Position numbers and translations under genes: made by a program. Of a stretch of DNA of 64,000 bases, positions 55,344 through 64,000 are shown one piece after another. The stretch's first letter is position 1. The number at the start of each line of letters is the position of its first letter. Location: contig OX597817.1 of the NCBI GenBank assembly GCA_951406725.2, positions 80,848,001-80,912,000 of the forward strand, read 5' to 3'. Origin of the DNA: Octopus vulgaris (taxonomy: Eukaryota). Under the pieces are notes generated by a model. It searched no databases, was not told the DNA's origin, and saw only the letters and a list, made by a program, of their open reading frames with translations.

Positions 55344-57065
55344 ATTTATGTTAGGTTAATCAAAATTTATATGATTTATGTTAGGTTAATCAAATTTACT
55401 ATATAGACAATTAAATTAAATGAGCACCGTACAAATACTATTAATTTTTATAATTAAAAAGGTACAGTTAGAAAGAAGGAACACAAGTGGAAGAGCCTAC
55501 AGATTTCAATTTAAAATATTTTAGAGTTTTGATTTTTAAGTGAATACCAGACCGACCTAGCTAAATACGGTTATTCTATACGATTTCTATTTAAAACATT
55601 TTAGAGTTTTGATTTTTGAATGAATGCAAGACTGACCTAACTCAATACGGTTATTCAATAGGTCTTTATTTTTTCTATGTTTTAGAATTTCATATGTCTC
55701 CAAGGAGCAGAGTTGGCAACCTACCCTATTATTTTATAAGGCATTGCCTTTCTAACTATTTCCCATTTTAGGTTATATTTAATATCATTAGTTTTGAGTT
55801 CTCAGATCTTACTGGAAAGTGTGGTAGAGCTACCTTTATGACGTAACTTAAAAGAGGAGAGATGATTGCTTATTCTTTGTTTAAATTTTATAGTACAACC
55901 CAGATAAAAGAATTTGCTATTCGCAGTAGTTATAGTACATTTATAGATTACATTATGGGCCCCACACAGACCAGATGCCGGGCATTTGGACTTAATCCTA
56001 CAATTGCAACTAGGGAGATAATTTTCAGATTTAGAATTATTTAAGGATAGATCTCTCATATTGCTGCTATTCAAATTATTATGAGTATTATTATCGTTAT
56101 TATCGATAATATTTTTATCTGAAGATGTGTTACCATTTATCGATCCGATTATACTATCATTTAGATCTACCATAGTCATATCATAATTATCAACATTATT
56201 GGTATTGCTATTATTATTGTTTGTATTAATATCCGAATGCTTATTACTGCTATAGAAATCGTTGTTATCTTCATTCCCGATATTATTTCTATTTGTATTG
56301 CTCATATTATTATCATTATTATTATTCCTATTAATATCAATATCATTATTAGTTATTCCATTGCTGTTGATGCTGTACTTATCTTGATAATTCTTATTAT
56401 TGTTGTTATTATTTTTATTTTTATTTTTATCTATGATATTATTACAATTATTATTGGTATTCATGCTGGAATTAGTCTTATTATTCCTGGCTAACTTAAT
56501 GTTTTTATTATTAATTCTAGCTATTATAGTGGACATATTTGGGAGGGTTGAGTAAGAAATCCTAACTGTTCTCTTAGAAATTATTCTATGATACTTATGA
56601 GAGGCTGGAAAATTTTTTTCTAGTATTATTTTGAATTTGCCGTATATATCCGATAATATCGCTCAGTTAAGAGGAATATTCAACCAGATTATATTTTCTA
56701 AAATTAGAGTTAGGGTTAGTTGAATTATTATTGATCCCACGATTATCATTATTCTTATTACTATTATTTGTATGCTTTTTAGATTTATCTAAATTAGTTT
56801 TATCAAAATTACCTAAGCTCTGGTCTATATTTTTATTTCTATGATTTGGTTTGGACGCTGGATTTGTTGCTATCGTAAATCTATTTTTATTTTTTATTAC
56901 GGGCGTGATCTATGTTTTTGTTTACGTAGTTAATGTTCACTCCATTATTAGGAATATGTAAGCTCGCCTTGTCAATAAAGGTAATCTCTTGTTTATATCC
57001 TGCTTTAGATAATGCTGTAAATACAGTTTGAAACCTAGGTATGGCTGTGAAAAAACAAAGTAAAG
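55344..57065 (-). mobile_element. Penelope-like retroelement 3' part with GIY-YIG and Asn-rich low-complexity inserts
   Basis: HKYHRIISKRTVRISYSTLPNM..CNCRIKSKCPASGLC..VIYKCTI..YLGCTIKFKQRISNHLSSF..TTLS..LKWEIV..CQLC. Confidence 0.85.
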
Positions 57066-57249
57066 GTTTTTATTTTTCATTCCCTTCGAAATTGCTCTTA
57101 AATGTGGTTTTAGTAGCTTTGACTGCTTCTTCTAGCATGTAAGGCTGCCAGTTAAAGGCCGCCTCTCTTGAGTTTAAATATACACTAATTTTATATATAT
57201 ATAAAAGAAACATAAAAACACACATAAAGAAGTATATAACCCTTTCCAA

Positions 57250-57452
57250 TCTAGGCACAAAGACTGAAATTTTGTAGCAGGAGGAAGTTGATTACATCGA
57301 TCCCAGTGTTCAATTGGTACTTATTTTATCGATGCTGAAAGAACGAAAAGCAAAGCCGACCTCGACATCTTTTGAACTCATGATATAAAGCCAGAAGGAA
57401 TGCTGCTAAGCATTTTGTCCGGCGCGGTAACGATTCTACCAACTCATCGCCT
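57250..57452 (-). mobile_element. SINE family B
   Basis: TACATCGATCCCAGTG..GGTACTTATTTTATCGA..GCAAAGCCGACCTCG..TAACGATTCT. Confidence 0.7.
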
Positions 57453-57707
57453 GAAATGTAAGCTATAGAATAACTTATATTAAAATTTATGTGATACTTA
57501 TATATAGCAAAAACAATTAAGATTCAAGCAAATAAAATAATTTGCTAGGCGGAGTTCTCATCAGGGTCTACGCCAAAATGCTAACATATAATTTAGAGAC
57601 GGTATAAACACGTGTCTCATCATTATATATTATAATTTTTCAAATTCCCCGCGCAAGCGCAGTTTCAGTCGGCACTAAATGGAAAATATATATATATAGA
57701 TAGATAT

Positions 57708-57900
57708 TCTTTTACTTGCTTCAGTCATTTGACTGCAGCCATGTTAGAGCAGCACCTTTACGCGAACAGATCGACCCCTTCTTTGTAAGCCTAGTACTTA
57801 TTTTATCGGTCTCCTTTGCTGAACAGCTAAGTTACGGGGACGATAACACGCCAACATCGATTGTCAAGCGATGGTGGGTGGACAAACACAGACACACAAA
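57708..57900 (-). mobile_element. SINE family A tail followed by (CATA)n(TA)n
   Basis: Family A motifs. Confidence 0.8.
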
Positions 57901-58028
57901 TGTGTACATGCATACATACATGCATACATACATACATACATACATACGTACATACATACATACATACATACATACATACATACATACATACATACATACA
58001 TACATACATACATACATACATACATACA

Positions 58029-58076
<48 letters not shown>

Positions 58077-58369
58077 AACAAATGTAGAGATTTCTAGAAT
58101 CGTTAAATCGTCAGAAAGCTTTCTTGCAGACTTGATTCACTCTCTCTAGATTATGAGTTCAAGTCCCACATTTTATTCTTTGGAAGTAGATAAAATTAAT
58201 TATTTGTCAAGAACTGGTATCGACTGGTATTTGACTTACCTTGACTTACCCCTTCTCCACGAAGTTGTTGGCCTTATGCCTAAATCAACACACACACACA
58301 TTCACTCACACATACAAATATAATTTGCTCTGATTTATGCTTATATATAAACGTGTATGTGTATGTGTG

Positions 58370-58670
58370 AAGGCACGTGGCTTAGTGGTTAATGCATTCG
58401 GGTCACAATCGTAAGCCACTTTATTTCACGTTGAGCAAAGCACTTTATTTCACGTTGCTCCAGTCCACTCAGCTGGCAAAAGTGAGTGGTATCTATATTT
58501 CAAAAAGGGCCAGCCTTTACACACTCTGTGTCACGCTGAAGTTCCCACTGAACTACGTTAAGGCTATTTTTCTCTGTGGAGTGCTCAGCCACTTTCACGT
58601 TAATTTCACGAGCAAGCTATTCCGTTGATCAGATCAACTGGAACTCTCATCGTAGTAACCGACGGAGGGC
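58370..58670 (+). mobile_element. SINE family C
   Basis: The 3' half matches 2380-2550 (CTCTGTGTCACGCTGAA..GTAACCGACGGAG). Confidence 0.8.
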
Positions 58671-58916
58671 CAGTTAGTTATGTGTATGTATATGTATGCA
58701 TATTTAATAAGACTTTGACTGAGCTCTATGTTAACTTTTCGTGGATGTAGAATACATCCCCCTATCAGATGGCCAGCCTTCGACTTTACTTGCACAAAAA
58801 GATTTTTCTGCCCAATAAATAGCATGCTAACATTTATAGCTTTATGGATATTCGTCGAGATGTACAATTTCAAAAATGAATTATTTCGCGTTTATAAAAT
58901 TCTTATGATGACAACA

Positions 58917-59069
<153 letters not shown>

Positions 59070-59379
59070 CGTACATTTGTATATACGATCAACAGATGAA
59101 AACCAGAGATGCTCAATACAAACAACACATAGTAGTGTTCAAATGATTTGAACTTACATTCCGAAATCTTTCTCGAGGACTAAGTCCACCGGGTAAGAAG
59201 TGGCTATAAGAGGAATCCAGTTGAGCTGATAGAGAGATAATGATGCAAGTAAACAAATGAACACGCTTGGGCTTGATATATAGAATATACAAGCATAGAT
59301 GTAAATATATAGGGATATATAGAGAGGAACAAAAACTGAAAATATCCAGATGAACATTCATGTATAAGCATATTTTGTT

Positions 59380-59562
59380 TGTTGGTTTCAGTCATTTCAC
59401 TGCGGCCATGCTGGAGCACTGCGCTTTTAGTTGAACAAATCGACCCCGAGTACTTATTCTATCGGTATCTTGTGCCGCACCACTAAGTTACGGTGACGTA
59501 AACACACCAACGTCGGTTGTCAAGCGATGGTGGGGGACAAACATAGACACACAAATACCTAC

Positions 59563-59643
<81 letters not shown>

Positions 59644-59800
59644 CGACGCGCTTCTTTCAGTATCCGTCTACCAAATCCACTCACAAGGTTTTGGTCGGCC
59701 CGACGCTATAGCAGAAGACACTTACCCAAGGTGCCACGCAGTGGGACTGAACCCGGAACCATGTGATTGGGAAGCAAGCTTCTTACCACACACCTACTCC
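59380..59800 (-). mobile_element. SINE family A, full length with internal (TA)n
   Basis: Complete tail, body and head. Confidence 0.9.
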
Positions 59801-59864
59801 TATGCAAAGTAGCTTGTTAGAAAATCTTTTGTAAAGATGGAACTAGTAAGTATACTAAGAAGTA

Positions 59865-60070
59865 ATGCTTGTTCCGTACGAAGCGACCTTACTACCGTTT
59901 TTAACCCCAAGATGACGCCTCCTTCAGCAGATTCTTGAAGCAACCTCCACCCGATATATATTGCAAATTGCAAATATGTACCGAGTGCAGACTGCATCGA
60001 TAACCAACTGGTGGGAGCGTCTTCTTGAGTTTAAAAACGGTAGTAACATTGGTTCGTACGGAACAGCCAT
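59865..60070. mobile_element. Unclassified MITE with ~55-bp TIRs
   Basis: TGTTCCGTACGAA..TTACTACCGTTTTTAA..CAAGA.GACGC on the left, and its reverse complement at 60013-60065. Confidence 0.75.
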
Positions 60071-60150
60071 GCTGAAGTGGAGACAAACATTACATACAGA
60101 TATATATATTTTTTACTCAATCTTCCTCTTTCTCTCTGTCTCTCTCTCTG

Positions 60151-60197
<47 letters not shown>

Positions 60198-61391
60198 CTG
60201 TATATACGTATTCACATACATACATATCTTAGTTAAAATCTGAATAGACCAGAGTGGGTGTTTCCTCATCGTCTAATCAGTATAAATGCTTTCTTACTCG
60301 TAATCATTTAAACATTCATTAGTGCTACTTTCTTTTCTTTGTTTGTGTGTTTCGTTGGTTAGTTGATTGGTCGGTGGTTGGTTGGTTGGTTTTCTTCTTT
60401 TACTAACGGTATGGTACTAATACAGTGTTAAATAAAGAAGCTAAACTTTGGCGAATTTTATACAACAGCTGCAAAAAATTAAAAAAAGAAAACGGAGAGA
60501 GAAATTAAATAAAAAAAGGTTTACTATAAAAATCAAACTCAATCTTGTTACAATGATATTTAATGTATCGTTATGCTATAAATAAATTCTTCTAAATAAA
60601 ACCAATTTATTCAAGAAAATCTCATAAATTTCCCATCCATTTTTCTTTTCTTTTCTTTACTTTTGGTCTCGCGTCTAATTTTTTCATTCATTCATGTTTT
60701 CATTCTTTGTTTTTGCATTTTTGTTCGATTTTTTTCGTTCTGTTTTTTTTTTATTATTTCAGAAATTTTCTGTCACCCATCATAGTCTCATTAAATTCTT
60801 TGTCATCACTCTATATTTCGCTTCATTTAAAACAGGACAAGTATTGCTTTTGACGTAACTAACTCTAAGACATAAGGTTAGGATTAAAGTCGTAATAATA
60901 TCAACTAAATCTAGTTTTCCTCCGTCACTAAAACCGGTAATCAGGAAAATAAAACTTATCAAAATAATAAAGAAAATATATATAATAATCTATTTAGTTC
61001 GATCTAAAAGCAATGGTTGTAGTTCCATATAATCTATTTAAGATATGATTTAACATTTATATCCATAAAGGTTACGGAAAGCCGTATGTATGGCTTTGTA
61101 GCTAAGAACCTCGCTTTTCAAAATCGTGGTTTCGGGTTCATTGAGCAGCATATTGGTTAAATGACTTCCATTATCACTCCGAACCAATGTATACGTAAGT
61201 TTCTCGACATTGCTCCACATACCTTCTATATATATATATTTTTTTTTTTTGCATTTAATTTTACTACTAAGTTGATGTTAAGATTTGTTCGACTAAAACA
61301 CTTCAAGGCGCTGCCACAAACAACATCGCTGCAGTTCAATAATTGAAACAAGTAAACGTATAAACGATTATATACCTATACTTGTATACTA

Positions 61392-61609
61392 CGACGGGTG
61401 CTGAAATGTTCTTGGCTTTAAGGATATCGCGAAAGGCCCGGCTGGAAGCCCAACCTTCCGAGTTCTTTTGCAGGGTTAGAAAAACTGAAGGACCGCAGCA
61501 ATAAGTGTCTGGATCCGAGAGGGGGATATGTTGAATAAAATCATATTTAACTGATCCTCCAACATTTTCTTTTACTCAAAGCCAGGAACTGTTCAACCCC
61601 GCTCCCTCG
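61392..61609 (+). mobile_element. Mariner MITE retaining the transposase C-terminus
   Basis: TA|CGACGGGTGCTGAAATGTTCTTGGCTTT and AAAGCCAGGAACTGTTCA..CCCTCG|TA. Internal peptide LEKLKDRSNKCLDPRGGYVE*. Confidence 0.8.
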
Positions 61610-61729
61610 TATGTTTTTCTTTGTTTTATTTAAGTTCCTCTTTTGAAGAATTCAAGCTGATCGCTAAAAACGGGACGAGTTTTCTTTTAGTTGACTTCAG
61701 AGATTTTTCAATATGTGAGTGGAAGTAAA

Positions 61730-61945
61730 ATGTTTTAAATTTTGGCACAGGACTGACAATTTTAGTGGGGAGAGGATTAGTCGATTTCACCGACTCTTGT
61801 GCCCAGCTGGTATTTATATTATCGACCACGAAACGGTGAAACGCAAATTCGACCTCGGTTGAATTTGAAATCAGAACGTTAAGAACAATAAGCGCTGCTA
61901 AGCATTTTATGTTATTCGAAAACGATTCTTCTAGCTCGTCGCTTT
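61730..61945 (-). mobile_element. SINE family B (diverged)
   Basis: TCGACCTCGG..GAATTTGAAATCAGAACGT..AGCTCGTCGC. Confidence 0.65.
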
Positions 61946-62099
61946 ATGAGTTGAAATAAATGTGTATATGTATTAATGTGAGTAGGAGTTAGTATAAGTA
62001 ATGGAAAATAATTAATATGTGTAATAGATATATATATATATATTACACATTTAAAATAATGTTAAAATGTCTCTTTATCACGGGTCTATGTCTCATTAC

Positions 62100-63330
62100 T
62101 ATTTATCGATTCATATGTCTGTATATGTGTGCCATATGCAAATACTCCATTCCAGGAAACCCGAATGGTGATTCTTCGAAATTATTTTCAAATATTTACT
62201 GTGCTGCTAATCAAATTGGCTTGAAAGGCATATCAAATTCCTTTGATCTTTTTTGGAAAATCCTAACGTTCTCAACGTGTATAAACATCTATTGTTACTC
62301 AACATAACAAAAAAAACCTCTAAGTTCTCAATTAATGCACCACAGATGTTCGCTTTATCTACAAATATCGACGAAACAACCAACTTTCTAGTCAGTTTAC
62401 CCACAAATTGCTTCCTATTTCTTAGACCGTCCGTTTAATAATATCAGGTCTTTTGTGATTGTTCCACCATGAAGCTAAGCAGCTGTGACCAGTTTGTCAG
62501 ACTAACTCTCCACTGTTGATGTTTTTGCGTGAGCTACAGTCGTGGATCAAGTGTAGACTGAGGCAAAGTGCTTAGCACCCAAAGTATCTTCAGTTGCTCA
62601 CAAGCTCTCAGTTAGTTAGGTAATGCTGTTCTCTAAAGGTTTAGTGGCAGGCATGAGTGGCTACATTCTCGGAGAGCTTCTGGGCGTTGACGAGTATCAG
62701 CTGTCGGAGGATGTTGAAGCCGGGGCCATTGGATAACTTGCATAAATCTCTGGGAGTCATTTCCATGTCGTGATAAATTCTGCTGGCAAGGATAGAAATT
62801 CCGTCAACCGGGCCTACTCAAAGTGTGCGTAGATCCACGAAACTCTTCTGCAAGCGCTCGTCCAGTGCTTGAACAGTGCCGACTTGTAGAATTATGTCGA
62901 ACAACTGCTGTTGCATGTGACACGGATCTGACTAACAGCTGAGTTTATTATAAGCTCACCACTTGTCCTTCCTGTCCAAAGGACAGGTGGTGTTTATCTG
63001 TCTGATGAGCTTAGAAAGGAAGGTTCTGTGGTGGGCGAAACTTAAAAGGCTGAAGAAAGATGCCTTCATAATCTGGCCAAGCCCTCATCAATTTTTTTTC
63101 CAAGTTTTACTTGAAAAGTGAGGTAAAAGTGGAGAGAGGAAATACTGCTTTCCAGTAAATTTATTGAAAGGTGAGTGAATGGGGCAAGGAAGGCCCGAAT
63201 ACTTGCACTAAGAATACACCTGTAAATTTAGGGAAAATGATAGGAAGAGAGCACTTGGCCTAGTGGTCAAGGGATTCATGGATTTCTGGGATTTCCACGT
63301 GTAGCTCTCCGATATGTGATCCCTTCAAGG
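62100..63330 (-). mobile_element. Decayed RLE-type (R2/NeSL-like) non-LTR retrotransposon fragment
   Basis: Minus-strand traces NAQKL..ENVAT, RACEQ..TLG..STLDPRL (CCHC-like region) and RPDII. Many stops and frameshifts. Confidence 0.4.
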
Positions 63331-63459
63331 GAAGTTTTTCTTGCTTGAATTTTGATTTCTTTGCTCGTTTTTTTTTTGTTTCTTTTTATTTACTTTTTGA
63401 ATGTCTTCATATAGCCCCACAACTTATCATATTGTATTTGTATTCCTCGTTTTGCAAAC

Positions 63460-63897
63460 ATATGTGCGCGGCATGGTGATCTCATATCAAGATAAACAGC
63501 ACATGACCTTGCAGGTGCAGCCCAGTTAGAATTTTCTTCAGATCGAGTAACCCATCCCGCTCAAAAGGTCCCTGAATAAGGGCTGTCCAAGGACGTTGAA
63601 CGAAACACCCATGTTTCCAGAGGTGAATTATTCAAACCCCAAAGAATCCCTCTCAACACATGGCTATGATGCTCCCCCACTACTTCTGCTCGTGATCAGA
63701 GATGCACATATCGTCAGCCACTAAGGGACACGCTCAACTGGTTAAGGTCAAACAACTGACAAGCAAATCTGTGGTATTGAGCAGAATATTTGCTGTAGCC
63801 CATCTTTTATACCAAGACAAAACAATGTACATGATAACACTTCCAATCAGTTAAGATCAGAAGCCATGAGAGTCACTGCCTGGTACTGCATCAGGGC

Positions 63898-63936
<39 letters not shown>

Positions 63937-63951
63937 TATTATTATTACTAC

Positions 63952-64000
<49 letters not shown>
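63460..64000 (+). mobile_element. Retroposon/LINE-like 3' end with (ATT)n tail, family uncertain
   Basis: A balanced-GC unique-looking block ends GGTACTGCATCAGGGCAT, directly followed by ~100 bp of (ATT)n. Confidence 0.5.

Overview
This is AT-rich eukaryotic non-coding DNA, dense in microsatellites and decayed transposons. The SINE families resemble those of octopus (coleoid cephalopod) genomes; that taxon call is an inference. No intact host protein-coding gene, rRNA or CRISPR array is recognisable, and nearly all listed ORFs are microsatellite artefacts. The window holds many copies of four tRNA-derived SINE families and decayed LINEs (RTE, CR1-like, HERO, R4/Dong-like, another RLE-type). 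It also holds two Penelope-like elements with GIY-YIG endonuclease remnants, mariner/rosa/Tc2/hAT/piggyBac-like remnants and MITEs, and two Helitron-like copies. The most notable signal is a set of minimal type I hammerhead ribozymes (HHR). One group lies in a near-perfect 360-bp tandem array, one HHR per unit (retrozyme-like, 9120-10166). Another lies in a short element that fuses a tRNA-like Pol III head to a canonical-core HHR tail (36512-36847). Degenerate HHR relics also occur in Penelope-type termini. A near-perfect ~600-bp palindrome centred on (TA)n lies at 37201-37798. Boundaries were read by eye and are approximate unless a TIR or TSD is quoted.
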